DNA of 64,000 nt from Rhizodiscina lignyota (GCA_010015805.1 ML978123.1:186001-250000); one strand, 5' to 3'. Positions 1 to 13,479 are shown, counted from the first letter of the stretch. The notes: generated from the letters alone by a model not told the origin. Numbers and translations are program-made.

Positions 1-662
1 TTGATGTAGAACCAAACGTGGACGGAGACTACGTCAAAGACGTTCTAGGTGTGGCGTATCTGACAGGCAGATTCGATCACAGCATCCGCGCCATCTCCGC
101 CCACAACAGCAACGAAGGGTTCGGTTTCACCGATCCAGCGGCGACCAACTCTTCTGCTCTTGCGACATACATGCGGATATACTTCCCGCATGCGTCGGAT
201 GCCGTGATCGATTTCATCTCCAACAAGCTCTATCCGCCTATCTATGATGGGTCGCAGCCCTGGACGACTCCATTTGAGAGGTTGAATCTCTTGATCAGCG
301 AGATGATGATCGCGTGCAACTCGCGTTATCTTGGTACGGGACTCGGAAACACGACTTACAACTATGAGTACTCGGTGCCGCCCGGTTTCCACATGGACGA
401 TATTCCGTACACGTTCTTTGATGGGACTCTTAATGGAGCTGTAACGAATAAAACGATGGCGATGGACCTGCAGCGATACATTACCGCTTTCGCGGCTACA
501 GGGAATCCGAATGCATTTCAGAAAGAGACGGCGCTGCCTACCTTTGCCAGGTATGGCTCTGAGGCGACGTTGTTGAATTTCAATACGTCGTACATCAGTC
601 ATATCACGGATCCTTTGAAGAATGATAGATGCGCCTGGTGGCAGAAAGGCTTGTTATTGTAG
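1..662 (+). CDS. Carboxylesterase type B / lipase, C-terminal part (5' end outside window)
   Basis: ORF 18-662 has COesterase-like motifs: HNSNEG (catalytic Glu region), PGFHMDDIPYTF (catalytic His), FAATGNPN and terminal RCAWW. Confidence 0.8.
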   Translation, partial: DVEPNVDGDYVKDVLGVAYLTGRFDHSIRAISAHNSNEGFGFTDPAATNSSALATYMRIYFPHASDAVIDFISNKLYPPIYDGSQPWTTPFERLNLLISEMMIACNSRYLGTGLGNTTYNYEYSVPPGFHMDDIPYTFFDGTLNGAVTNKTMAMDLQRYITAFAATGNPNAFQKETALPTFARYGSEATLLNFNTSYISHITDPLKNDRCAWWQKGLLL

Positions 663-1292
663 GCGGTACTCCCGTAAACAAGAACAGTTGGATTAGCGAA
701 GTCGCTAGGATTTGGGGCCGTTTTTCGATGGCTGGCGGCATCTCCGCGAGCCCCTAGCAATCAAGCACCGCTTTCGTCTATGAAGTCAGAAATTAATTAG
801 CTGTAGTGTGAGATCTTAGATTGCCTGAATAATATAAAGACTAAAAAAGAATAACGCTGCTCGCTTCACTAGCTTCATCGCGAATTATGGTGCCCGGGGG
901 CCTTACTAAATCTCTCGTGCGACTACCGTGCCTCGTGGTACGTCAAAACAGGTTTAGGAATCTTGTTCAAAAGAGGTAACAAGACGATTAAAATGAGTAA
1001 TCGAACCGTAACACTATTAGTGCTCTTCCCCAGTACCATGCGATTAATGCCGCACCGAAAGTGGTGCTTTTTGGTAGATGTCACCATGTATCCGCCGGAA
1101 ATAGAAAACAGTAGCAGGATGCGGCCTGTCTCTATCGTATTCGAGGGTTTCACAGTGAAATTTCACGGAAATATTATGCACGGACGGAATGTTTGAAGAC
1201 ACGCTCCTCTTCAAATAATGTCCCGAACATCCTACTTCTGTGCGCAGAGCCCTCTGCGCATCTGACACTTGGTCCTTGGGCAAGTGCACAGA

Positions 1293-2219
1293 ATGGCAAC
1301 CTCCAAACCAACTATCCTCTTCGCCCATGGCGCGTTTCACACCCCGGAGTCATTCTCTAATCTCGCATCTGCACTTGAGAAGAAGGGATATCACTGTCCA
1401 AATGACTTCCAGCTCCCTTCTATAGACGCCCCGTCGTCTGCGGCACCTGGACTTCTTGAAGACGCTCAAGCGCTGCGGCAATATGTCTTGGAATGCATTG
1501 ACGGGACGGGGCGATTCGAATCCCAGGGTCCTAACGACTGTGTGGTCGTCATGCACTCATATGGCGGCGCTGTGGGCAGCCAGGCTCTGGAAGGCCTTGG
1601 AACCAAGCAGCGACCGGGAAAGAAGGCGATCAAGAAACTGGTGTACATCAATGCGAATATTGTGGAGCCCGGAGACACTGTGCAGGCGCAGATGGAAAGG
1701 TTTGGCCAATTGACAGATTACCAAGCGCCTCCTGATTTGTACATGTTAGACGTACGTGCGTTACTGCGGCAGCCTCACGGGTCCATTCAACCGCACTGTT
1801 GAGTGATTAAGCTGACATTGCGTGAGAACAGGGACAAAATGTCAAATATGTAGGTCCTGAAGATCTATTCTACAATGACATCGATCCGGAAAGTAGCAAA
1901 ACGCTGTACGCTGGACTAAAGCCGACCGGATTCGGGTAAGCATCGAGCCAAAAAGGTAGTAACCATTCATGAAGTCGCTGACAATGCACACAGAGCATTC
2001 CTTACCCCACTGACGGGTGCTGCATATCGAGATATCCCAAGCTGGGCTCTTGTTGGAGACCGTGACAATTGCTTAACGCCTAAATTCCAAGAGTGGGAGC
2101 TGGGGCTGCACAAAGGGTATTTCGAGCATGTTGAACATATCGACGGTGGCCATTTCTGTTTCATACCTAAGCCGGCTGAGGTCGCTGAAGTCGTAGACCG
2201 GGCCGCGACTGCATTGTGA
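1293..2219 (+). CDS. Alpha/beta hydrolase (Abhydrolase_6 / methylesterase-like), 3 exons
   Basis: Starts MATSKPTILFAHGAFHTP; nucleophile elbow VMHSYGG; introns at ~1752-1831 and ~1936-1993; last exon has DGGHFCF; TGA at 2217-2219. Confidence 0.85.
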
Positions 2220-2368
2220 GGATTACGCGTTGGAGTTCGATAGTTGCTGGAGAGTGGGTTATCGGGAGCATAACGTGACGTGTTGTCGGTGCAATCTAAT
2301 TGCACAGGGCCATGTTGAATCTCTGAATCCTCTTAGACAGCGGTGCCTCTCGTACCAGCAAAAGGGTA

Positions 2369-4664
2369 CTACCATGGACTATCTTCAAAGTCACTGTCTG
2401 CATCAGCGTCATCGTCTTCTCCGTCCAAGTCACTCAATTCGAGGAGCATATCCATGTCGATTTCTTGATCTCCTATGGCCGCTGAAGGGGCTTGAGCGTT
2501 GGATGTATCCAAGGGGATGTCTGTCGGTTGTTGAACACTGTTGTTTTTGAGAGATGCCCCGCGTTCGGCTGTCGCTTTCCAAAGCGACTCGCACGGTGAT
2601 GCGCAGAAATCATCAGTCCACGCGAATCCCTTCAAAGCTTGTTCGTACTCTTTCTTTGTGCTTATGCCAGTCTTCCTCATGAAATCCAAAGTGTTGTCAA
2701 TAAACCATGGCATCTCCTGCCTGCCTTGTGCGACGATGCTGCCGACGAAGAAGACCCAAAGCAGCGCATTCGCCGTGCATTGGGTTTCCCATGCACCAAG
2801 AAGATCTTGAATGTCCAATGCGGCCACCAGTCTTGACAGGAAGAGGTCGAAAACCTTGATCGGAAGTGGAATCGACCTCAGAGCACCATACAAGAACATC
2901 TGCGCGGCAACTGTCAGAGCCTCGATTACCGAGACGGCATTCCCAGACGGAAATTTTGCTTCCAGGTTCTGATCAGCGAGCCGGCTTGACTGGCAGAGGA
3001 GCTTGTAATCGATCTCGTGCAGCATATTGCTCATTAGCATACGGTCCATGCGGTCTGCCCACGGAGTATTGTATGCAATGGCAACCTGATGAAGCGAGTA
3101 ATAAACATTGAACATCTCGTGGCGGTCAATTGTGAGCTTCAGAAGGCAGTTCGGTGAGGACAGCGCCGCCTCGACAAGGAGTTCGTCGGGTAGAGTAGCA
3201 TGGTAGGGTTGAGGGACGAATTCGAATGAAGGTCGTATCCGCCACGCGGCGGCAAGATGGTATTCTGACCTTTGTATCACATTAGTACGTTGCACAGATC
3301 CTTAAAGTGCATTCCGAAACAAAATCGAATATATGGATTGCAGGGTCGGACATGCTTGTGCTCGGCAGTGCTCGCGAGCCTGACGCTGTTGTAACACATC
3401 TCAGGGATTTTATAATGAAGAACGTACCATGCTACCGCTCTTTGTAGAGGATCGTTGTGTTTTATAGCTGGAAGGCCGCCTCTTAACGCGATTAATCTCC
3501 GCAGGCCAGTGACGTGAGAAGACGCAACCTCGTAGGCGCCCCATAGATTCTAGTTGTTCGTTAGCGAGAATAAGGCAAGTCACGAAACCCATTGAGAAAA
3601 ATTGGATGAAAAGGTGTGTCCGGAGATTGTCAACTTCTGTCTGGCCAGTCGCCAGCCAGATGAGACCCCGGACGGGAATCCCTGAGGATTGACAGTGAAT
3701 GGCGAGTGAATGCTTACCTCAAAGCTTGCAAGGACCGTTATGACTGCTATAAGCGCATCTGAAGTCCTTTCGTCAGGATTCTGCAGCTTCTTATTGACGA
3801 GCTTTAGGGCCTCCCCCTTGTGGTAGTGGATGTCGATGTTGGAATTGAGGCCATGGTAGAGTCCGCAGTACATCGCCACTGAGCAGAGAGTGGAGTGAAG
3901 GATGCCGGGGTCGTATTTTGCGAAAGAAAGCCATGATCCAGGCGTTGGGTTGATGGCGACGGAGTTGACTTTGAAGACGGTTTGCCCTATGTGATTTTGT
4001 TGTTCAGCGCCGAGCAAATTGGCGTACGTATTTAACATCTGGCAAAGCAATATTACCACTCACAGTAATAAATCAGAGTTTCAACACGGGGCCCGCTCTT
4101 GATAGGTAGGGCATCAAATGGGTCGATACGCTGGGCCATGTAACGGGGAATGATGGGGGTGCTTGTCAAATTGTTCGCCTCCATGCTTCCAGTGGACACT
4201 GAAATATTTCCAGTGTCCAGGTCGCCGCCTGAATCAGCAACATCACTGAAACGAGAGCCTTGCTCTGACTGCGAAGAAACCTTCGCGCCGGCGTTCTCAG
4301 GGCTTCCATTTCCCACTTTGTCGGTTCGTTTCTTTGCAGCTCCGGACTTGTCAAGACGGAATCTTCCTTTGAGATTTTGCTTCGCTTTAACTGTAGAGGC
4401 AGAGCTCTGATGTGATTGCTCTTCAATAGCAGCAACCCTCTGGTGAAAGAAATTCCGCATTACATGGCTACGAATCGTCCTCCTCGATGCTCCACCGACC
4501 GTTTCAGGTTTGCCTGTTGACATGAAAAACTCATAGTCAACCGCATCGGGCCCTTGCTTGCCATTTCTGGTAGCTTGAGACGCAGAAGAGGGTCGGATTG
4601 GCAATGCATTGTCCTTGTTTGGGCGGACTCTTGCCCTTTGGGGCATTTGTGCGGCACAGCTCAT
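2369..4664 (-). CDS. Fungal-specific transcription-factor-like protein (Fungal_trans_2-like), no Zn2Cys6 cluster
   Basis: N-terminal EFF...RRTIRSHVMRNF motif, RIDPFDALPI, HYHKGEALKLVNKKL, spliced exon HVTGLRRLIALRGG, C-terminal LLWVFFVG; several GT-AG introns. Confidence 0.75.
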
Positions 4665-5738
4665 ACTGATTTTGATTATTTCTGATGTCAGATGTATAAT
4701 CTCGCGGCGCCGAGGGGCGAAATCTGGCAATAAATAAGTAAGTAATTGCGCTTTTGGACTCAGCTCGAGGGGCGTCGCGAATTACCCTTCTGGGAGTGTG
4801 GTCGAAAACCTTAGTAATCGCTATCATGTCCTGGCTGCTACCAATCAGCGAACAGCTCAATACCAACTACGAAGGAACAATAAAGGCATGCAGGTCGCCT
4901 AACTTTTGTGATCTAGAAGACTTCTATACCTTTCAGAAATTGAAGCGATATGACCGGGGGTTATGCGGCGAGATGGACGGAGCAGAAAGAGGTGAAAGTA
5001 CACTGGAAAGAACGCAATACGAAGTCGGGATCGTGGATACGACGTGGAGATATAGGTACTTGAATACGAGAAGGTCGTTTTAGGCGCACGCCATCGCCTT
5101 TAGAAATCAATGGCGCAACTCCAGAGTCACGTCGTATGACAATGGAAGAGAGGAATGGAGCACCGACCCTCTTTGTAGTTGAAACGGGCCGAGAAATAGA
5201 GGATCCACCAGGGCATCTCAGCGATCAACTCGATTATGCCTAGGCTATAGCTTTATCTCGAAGAGCCCCATCTAGTCCGCAGGAATGGAGCGCTTAATCA
5301 ACGTTACGCATTGAACGCCGTTCCGTTGTGGCTTGCTTCGACCTGGAGCCGCTCCTGAATGGTCAAGGCTTGACTGCTTGTGCAGGTGGGGCGGTCGCTA
5401 TATTTTGAGAAACACGCTGTTCCTCCCACAGACATGCAGCAGAAGAGGGACATGCGAGAGAGAGAGAGAGTATGGAGTTGTCGCGATGGCTCCCAACGAG
5501 GTGGATGGTGCACCCATGTCCACGCCACGATAGGGATTCTGGAGACGGGAGGGGCTTGGCTGAAGATCTGGCTGACTTCAGCGATGCCAAGCTCGACAAT
5601 TCATCGCCCTCGAATCTGTTTTTTCTAATCAATGTTGCATTCCATCGAGTGCCTGCAGTGCTGTACCAGCTTGCGCAGGGAGTAATTATGGTCGAACGGC
5701 AATTCATATCGTATTCATAGGCTGCATTTGCCGCCACC

Positions 5739-8039
5739 ATGGGCCCGAACACTTTCTATCATCCCATCGTCGCCATCGTGGACTTCCACCATGCCAGGTC
5801 TGTGACTCTCATGACACACCCATGGCCTTCCTTTTGCCATCGTCCAAACTGACTGGTGTGATATCAGGGGCCCAGAGGTTGAACGATGGATTGGTGTGGA
5901 AGATGGAAGAGATCCGGCGTCGGAGAACGATTGGTCCTTGCTACCATTCATGGCCCTTTCTGATGGCGCGCACGCGTATGTTTCCCCTCCAAGCCCTTCG
6001 TACAAACGCTAACGTCGTAGTAGTTCTGTTGAGGAATTCTCGTACTTTACCCTCCGTCGCGAAGCCACGGCAGACGAAAAAGCGACCTCACTCTTCGGCA
6101 TTTCCTGCTCTCGCCAGCTTGATGCTAGCGAACTGATAAACCGGCCGGCAGACGTGACGCGTTCAACAGTACAAAAGGCAGTGGTGGTCATATTCGGTAG
6201 CCCGCAGTTTTTCGGGCAGCTGCGGGAGAAACTCTCCATCATAACCAGGGCGTGGTTCGCGCAAAAGTATGAGATTCATCTTGTTACAGATGATTCAAAG
6301 CTGGGCGCGGTTTTTGACATGCTCCAGGGACTTCACGGACATTACTATTCTAGAGGTATGCCGCTCTGTCATCCGACATGTCCATTCTAACCCCACTCGC
6401 AGGATTTCCAAGAGAGTCTCACAAAATCAATCCGAGATTCAGAAGACGAGCGCGATCAGTACTTTGGTTCGTATGATTCGGAAAGCGCGGCCAACTCCTC
6501 ACTGATTGCATGCAGGACTTTCCCTGCGGGAGCTCATTCACGAATTCAAATGGCAGACGCTTGTTCTCTTTAAATGCCTCTTGCTACAACGCAAAGTAGG
6601 TGGCCACTGCCAGCTCGGACTATTTCTATTTCGTTTCTGACCTTTCCAGATGCTGTTCTTTGGGTCGCACTGCGAACGGCTATGCCTCATACAGTTTTCT
6701 CTCATTTCCTTAATTCCTGGACTTATCCGACAACTCCAAGATTGCGCAGATCCACAATTCAATTCGAACGAAGAAAAACTCACCATGCCAACGTCTCTTC
6801 GAACAAGTGAACGTGCGTCTTTGCTCACTTACATGGGCATGCCTCTGCACATCTTCGGGAGAGGCAGCTTGTTCGGACCCTATACACCCCTGCAACTCCT
6901 TGATCTGCTGGCAGACCAAGAAACAAGATCCTATGTAGTTGGATCTACGAATTCACTATTACTGGGACAGAAGGAGAAATACAGTGACGTGCTTGTCAAC
7001 CTCGACGATAATACTGTTCTTATTAATTCGCCATCCTTGCGACCGGCTCTTACTTTGACGACGCCAGACAGGCGCTGGATCGATTTTTTGACGCAATCAG
7101 TCAATGAGACATGGGATGAAGGTATGATGGCTGGGATTTCCAGAGTGACTCCTGCTGACAACTTGCAGCTAATCCTGGGCGACCGAACACGATGGGCTAT
7201 GTCGGCAGCGAAGAGTTCATCCGACTTCAATTCGAAGAGTACTTGCTTGCTTTGTTGTCTGCAGTGAAGTATAAACTTTACGTGCAGAAGAACAAAGAAG
7301 ATCCAAAGGCGCTCCTGGCTGACGTCGAGGGAGACCCAGCAACTGAATTTAGCCCCGATTGGGTCGAAGCCTGGCTCCTGACCGACAACTGTCGCGTGTT
7401 CCAGAAATTCACAGATTCGCATATTTTCGACATCGTTGAACCGACACACCCCGCCACTGGAGGATTGTCCATTGAGGATATCCAACGCCGCCTCGCACAA
7501 CAGGTCTCGGATCTCCATCTCGACGAGCGTTGGCAAGCGAGTAGAGAGACCATGGGTAAGGCCTTTGCCACTGGTCAGAAGAAGGTCTCTTCAGCCATCA
7601 ATAACCTTTGGGCCGATATCGAGGTCATGCGTGAAGCTCAGCGCAAGAGGCAGGAGGAAGCCAAGGCCGCAGCAGCAAGTCAGGCTTCCGAGCCATCTTC
7701 GCCTGGAGAAAAGCCGGCAGGTGGGATGAAATGTATGTACATGTCAGGAAGTGCACGAAGAAGGAACTGATATTCGCTGCAGTTGCAAAAGCTCCAGATC
7801 TGTCACAAGCTCAGTCAACGGTGCAAGCGGCGTCATCTCGTGCAGGCGCCTATCTATCCTCGTGGGGTTCTTGGGCCGCAGAGAAACGGAAAACGGGTTG
7901 GAATCGATCAACATCTGCAGCCTCTAATGCATCTGAAGCCGCGTCGCCGCAAAACATCAAAGTTCTTGATAAGGCTGGAGTCGAGACGGGAACGAATTTG
8001 TTTGATGCGGCCAAGTCGAACATGAGTGAGGCAAAGTAA
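5739..8039 (+). CDS. AVL9: Late secretory pathway protein Avl9 (DENN-like), multi-exon
   Basis: Spliced N-terminus PIVAIVDFHHARGPEVERW, WPFLALSDG-like segment, VTRSTVQKAVVV, GPYTPLQ, GSTNSLL, GSEEFIRLQFEEY. Confidence 0.9.
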
Positions 8040-8275
8040 CGTTGGACAAGCATACTCGCATTTCGCTTTGACTGCTTTGGCTTTTGCTCACACAGCGTGG
8101 AGTTCATTGACCATGGCCGATGCCGCAGGTCCCAATCAAGGAGCATTTGACATTCTTGGGAGATGATTGCTCGTATATCGGCCACAACCGTCTTGGGTCG
8201 AATTTATGACACAATGCTCACATATATGACTGCATGAATATCTAACAAACAATCGCCTTCTATCAATCACCACGC

Positions 8276-9736
8276 TCAAGTGGTTGACCCGTTCAGACCC
8301 GTCATCCTCGTCTCGCTGTGCAACGACAACCCTTCCAGCTCAAAGGTCCGAAGAATCGATAAAGCGATGGGCGACCAGATCATGATCGTGTCATGGCCTG
8401 TATAGACCATCAGCGGGGCACGGAGAACCTTGTATTCTATGCCACTTACCTCCGTCCTTTGCAATCTCTTTCGCGATGATCTTGTCCTCAAATGACCATG
8501 TCTCCACAAACCCGCCCTCTCCCAGATCGATAGTATGTATCCTATTATCCAAGTCTGCTCTGGAAGGCTCTAAATCTTGCAACACTGCCTTGAATAGCTC
8601 TTCCGTATGCTGCCAGGGCATGATCCCGTCGTCCATGGAATGTATGAGCGATAATCTGACCCTGTTGCTCTTCCGAACCAGATCTGCGAGCTTCTCAGAT
8701 GTCCTATATGTGTCTGTGAGCCGCCTCCCAAACCATCGCTGCAGCGGCGGGCACCATTTCATCGGATTAAGAGGCGTGACGCCAACGTTGAAGCCGAAGT
8801 TCTGGAAGGCTGCAGACGCGTCCGTGAAACCGGCGCAGAGCAACAAGCCAGCAAACTCAACCCGCGGCTCTAGGTTAGCAAAATAGTGTGCTGCGCCTGT
8901 GGCGATCGCCGTTCCGAGACTCTGCGAGTGTAGCACAATGCGGTTCGATGGGATCTTCGCTTCATCCATTGCCCATCGGATAACTGCAACGGCGTCTGTG
9001 ATGCAACCGTCTTCGGTAGGCACGCCCTTGGAATAACCGAAGCCGCGATAGTCGAATGCGAGAACGAAGATCTTATTCGATGCACCGGATGAGATATTGC
9101 GGTATTCCCAAGTTCGACGCTCTTGTGCGATGGTTCCGATATTCTGGAGCAGAAAGAATCAATTGTTGCCATGCTGATTTCCTGGCATACGTACTCCGTG
9201 AACTGCGACAAAGTCAGCATTTCTACATTATTGAATGTGGCATGTCCAACGGACAATAAATTACGAGTCTAGATTCGGGGTCCTCGAAAAGGCATTTGAA
9301 GGCTTGCTTCTCCTTCACATCGCCCCATAGCTTCAGATTCTCTTGACGAAATTCTTCGACATGTTTCGCATAGACTCCTACTGGCACGACCAACCAGGAA
9401 TATACTTCGTTGCCATCTTTGGTCTGGATATAGAATGGAACAACTTGGCTCTCTACACAAAAATAAGCATCTAATGGCTCGTGTTGTAGAAACGGGACAC
9501 GCCACTAAGAAATCCAAGGCTCTCTGGGATATTCAATCTCACCCCCCACCATAGCCTTGCCCAATGGAGGTAAAATAATCTGATGATACTCGGTTAGGCA
9601 CCGGCGGAATCGGAAGCAGCATAACCAGGTTATCGTACTGTCTCTGAACCCAAGGGATCGCACAAACAAGTGTGGCCGGGATCCAAATACCGCTCACAGT
9701 GATCAGGCCATTCAGAAATGACGAGAAGATGGACAT
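8276..9736 (-). CDS. ABHD12/Bem46-like alpha/beta hydrolase with N-terminal membrane anchor
   Basis: Hydrophobic N-terminus, FDYRGFGYS.G.PTEDG, nucleophile HSQSLG, HSMDD, last exon GHDTIM after intron at ~8400-8449. Confidence 0.8.
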
Positions 9737-10067
9737 TGCACTGTCCAAAAGCTGGATATACACTCTATGCGAAAATGGATGAAGCTCTCGAAAGGGAGAG
9801 GCGCACAGGACGCGATTGGTGGCGGCACGTGCGTGTGGCTGGGTCCCGTCAGCCTCGGCGTCATCCCGTTTTCGGAGTCCTGAAATATCCGTAATCTTCA
9901 ATAAGAGCCTCATTCGGTTTCTTAGTGAGTGTGAACTCAGTCTCACGCGGCTTTCCCATCACTCGACTGTTCACGCAGTCATGGGATGAACGTCTCTCAA
10001 GTCGTGTACCACCATCGCGCTCGGGGGCGCTCGGGCTTGGCTGCCGTGAGCCCTTTTTCCAACTTTC

Positions 10068-11974
10068 ATGGACGTGGACGAGGAACATGAACTTGACCAG
10101 GTCGACGCAAGAGCGAGTGATTCACTATCAGGTGAACGGCACACGCCCATGAGCTCTCCAGATATCAATGGCAATACTCAACAAATGCCTTCCGATGTCA
10201 TCGATCCGAGCCTGGATAGGCGAACGAAGCGGAAGTTGGATTTCATTCTACTCCCATTCCTGGCATTGTTGTTTCTTTTCAACTCGCTGGACAAATCAAA
10301 CATTGGTATATTGATTTCATGTCATTGTGTGTCTTGTGCTGAATTGTCATCGTAGGAAATGCGGAAACTGCTAATTTCACATCGGACATTGGCATCGATA
10401 AGAGCGACCTCAATACCGCGGTCGCCATCTTCTTCGCATGTTTCGTCGGACTTCAGCCTGTTGGTGCAGCTTTGGGCAGGCGCTATGGCATGTCCATTTG
10501 GGTCCCAGGTTGCATGAGTGTGTGGGGCGTTTGTACCGCCCTCCACGTGTGGGTTCGCACCAAATGGCAGTTGATCGTTTTGAGGATGGTTATTGGAGCA
10601 CTTGAAGGCATGTCGCACGAAAGCGCAATAGGAACGCAACTGACGTGCAGTCTAGCTGGATTCTACCCCGTGACGGTCTCCTATCTGTCGCTGTTCTACA
10701 CCAAGTTTGAATTCGGCCGCAGGCTTGCCGTCTTCTACGGTCAGTCTGCCATCGCTGGGGCATTTGGTGGCATTCTCTCTTATTTCGTCTTCTCTTGGTT
10801 TCCAAACAACGGTGCAAATCCAGGAACAAAGGAGAGCAACGGCTGGAAGTCATGGCAGGTGCTGTTCTTCGTTGAAGGGGCTACCACTATTGTCATTGCG
10901 CTCACAGGGTTCTTCTGGTTACCTCACAGTGCAAAGACTGCCTGGTTCCTGTCACCCGATGAGCGAGTCTGGGCGGAAGAGCGAATCAAGGCCGACCAAT
11001 CCAATATATCGTCTCAACGACAACCGAAGCTCGACCCTGAAGCGGATGGAGAGAATACAGATCAACTTCCACCGAGCGACTCAGAGGCGGCAGGGTTGTT
11101 AGCATCGTCGGCCGACGAGCAGGCAACACATCCGTCCCCCGCGCATGCAGTAACTGATGACCGCGGTCTCAGTCGCCATGACATTCTCTCCGCGTTCCTC
11201 GACTGGAAAGTTTGGTACCTTCTGGCCTGCAACATCCTCTCTGCTATACCGGTTTCGGCGTTCTCTGTATTCCTCCCGTTGATCTTAGCTCCCTTGACGA
11301 ATCGACCAGCGAACCCAGGAGATCTCACCGGATTTCAGCAAGCAAAGAATCCAGCCTTGACAAACCTCTTGACTGCGCCTCCATTCCTTCTTGGAGCCGT
11401 GGTTCTATACGTATTTACCTCGTACAGTGACCGCCATCGTATACGGCTCTATCCAATTCTCGTTGGACTTGGCATCCTGCTCTTTGGACTCACCCTCACA
11501 GTTTTCTTGCCCAGATCATGGGTCATCCCTCGCTATGTCGCACTGTGCATTCTCCTTTCAGGCTCTTTCATCGCCTCGCCACTGCAAGTGACATGGCTCA
11601 GCAACAACATTCCGCAGCCAGGAAAGCGAAGTGTTGTTCTCGGCATAAATGGATGGGGAAATCTGGCCGGTGTCTTTTCTGCAATGCTGTTCAAGCCTCG
11701 ATTCGCTCCGAGCTATGAGGTGCCCTTCTTTGTCACGTTTGCATGCGTCGCCATTGCTTGGGCTGGATATGCATTCTTCCGAGCGTGGATTGTCAGGGAC
11801 AATGCGAGGAGAGATCGAGAGGGAGGACGTGGGGGTGAGCGTCGGGACACTCCAAGCGATCTCCTCGAACACATCCTGAGATCTTTCAAACTGGAGGGTT
11901 CAATGAAGCTGCTGCGGGAAGTGAGAGAGCGAGAGCGATCAGAAGAAGCTTTAGATTTTAGATTCGGACTGTAG
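10068..11974 (+). CDS. MFS transporter, anion:cation symporter (Dal5/Tna1-like) family
   Basis: RKLDFILLPFL...SLDKSNIGNA, LEAGF.P, FYTKFEFGRR, WQVLFFVEG, A.FLSPDER, many transmembrane segments. Confidence 0.9.
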
Positions 11975-12329
11975 AATTTGAAATGAGATGCCTTCTATGA
12001 GTGGCGCAGCTTGAGAGCGTCTTGCTCTTTTATCTAGATACGAGACAGAAAGCCATTTATTTTACGATAGGTCTTGAGAAAGAGGAATAAGTCTGATCAT
12101 GTTAAAATTTCGTCGCGCGTTTGCACGTTAGAGTTGTTTCAAATCAATTCGAGCGAGTGTGGTTGTTTAGTCTATGGTAGAAGAAAATGCAAGCCGTAGA
12201 GACAGTAAGCCATAAGGGCACAACCATGTCTGAAAGAGAGCCGTAAAGACCGTAAGCCATGACGGCATAAGTATGCATGAGTCCCGTCCATGCAAAGAGG
12301 TGAATCCGTCAGTCAGAGCTAGTCATTGT

Positions 12330-12905
12330 TTCCTGAAGGTCAGGGAACAGAGTCGGAAAACTTGTCGCTCATGGTGCTCGAAATCTTCATACTCCTCTCA
12401 AGTACTGCAAGCCTGGTCACAACACGCGTATCAACGACCACCTTGGCCTGCTTCAGTCTATCACTAAACGCGACGGGGAAGTTTGGGCACTCTTTAACAT
12501 AGACGAGTTGCTCCCGCCCATCGGAGATTGCAACTTTGCTATTGGTGTTAGTCGACGTGCTGCTACTGCTGCTGCTGTTGCTGCTTCAGCATGCGGTGGC
12601 TCTGGCGGTACCTCTGGCTCTGCCTCTTGATGGCACAGACGCGCAAGATACGAGCCGAGTAAGCGATGCGTACGATTGCAGAGCCATTCTGAGCGTGTCG
12701 CTGAAGCTGCTCCTCTGGGATACTCGGGAATGTAGCTCTCAATAGAGTCATATCACCCAAATGAAGCTTATGAGCCTCTGCGTCGCCAATTATATTAGGG
12801 TGATCGTAGATGGTGTGCGCACGAGTTTCCACAGGCGTATCAGTAAGGCGATCCTTGAAATCCCAAGGGAGGCGAAATTCGAATCGTGAGTCGGAGTGCT
12901 CATTG
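12330..12905 (-). pseudogene. Decayed ORF of unknown function with polyQ tract
   Basis: Frame EFRLPWDFKDRLTDTPVETR...KQQQQQQ*QHVD*HQ* has TAG/TAA where CAG/CAA would continue the Gln tract, consistent with RIP. Confidence 0.35.
12841..12905 (+). repeat. Dispersed repeat piece A (direct copy at 48987-49051)
   Basis: 61/65 identical positions by manual alignment. Confidence 0.95.
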
Positions 12906-13260
12906 TCGTAAAACTTGTTGTCCCAAACGACTGTGTATTAAAGCTCCATGGTGGATATTTTGCTCCGAAGCTCGGCGCGCATTGTGATATATGTAAAAAG
13001 TTGACCGATCCGAGTGGCTCTGTAGCGCTATATTATTCAGCCCTTACTTTGAGAGAGAAATACAGAGACTTGGAAAGATATTCGAGCTTTTATAGTAGAA
13101 TGCAAAAGATTATTGCGAGAGTGAGTGCTCGAGAGGTCAGCGTCAGGGACGTGCATATTCGGGCGCATGCGGCAGACGGGATTACATAACGCACACAACA
13201 AATAATTATTGAAAAGTGTCCTATATATACATTAGTAATCATAGAGCCAATGAAAATTCG

Positions 13261-13338
13261 AGCTGAATGGCGCAGCGGAAGCGCGCCGGGCTCATACGTG
13301 TAACCCGGAGGTCGCCTGATCGAAACGGGCTTCAGCTA
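13261..13338 (+). tRNA. tRNA-iMet: Initiator tRNA-Met (CAT) with 6-nt intron at 13297-13302
   Basis: AGCTGAA/TTCAGCT acceptor stem with A1:U72, GGG/CCC anticodon stem, CAT anticodon, T-loop ATCGAAA (A54/A60): all initiator hallmarks. Confidence 0.93.
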
Positions 13339-13340
13339 AA

Positions 13341-13346
13341 TTTTTT
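13341..13346 (+). terminator. RNA polymerase III terminator (T6)
   Basis: TTTTTT 2 nt after the tRNA discriminator base; more T-runs follow. Confidence 0.85.
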
Positions 13347-13479
13347 GGTTGAATTACGATGATTTTTGGTTTTTTCGTCCGAACTTCTTTTTTTTTGGTT
13401 GTACCCCTCAAAATGTGATTAACGAATCTTATAGACCTTCTCAAGGCAAGCCAAGGCAACTACGACAGCTGCCCGTCGT

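Noticed and set aside
5456..5470. (GA)n microsatellite
   Set aside because: Short and ordinary for a fungal intergenic region.
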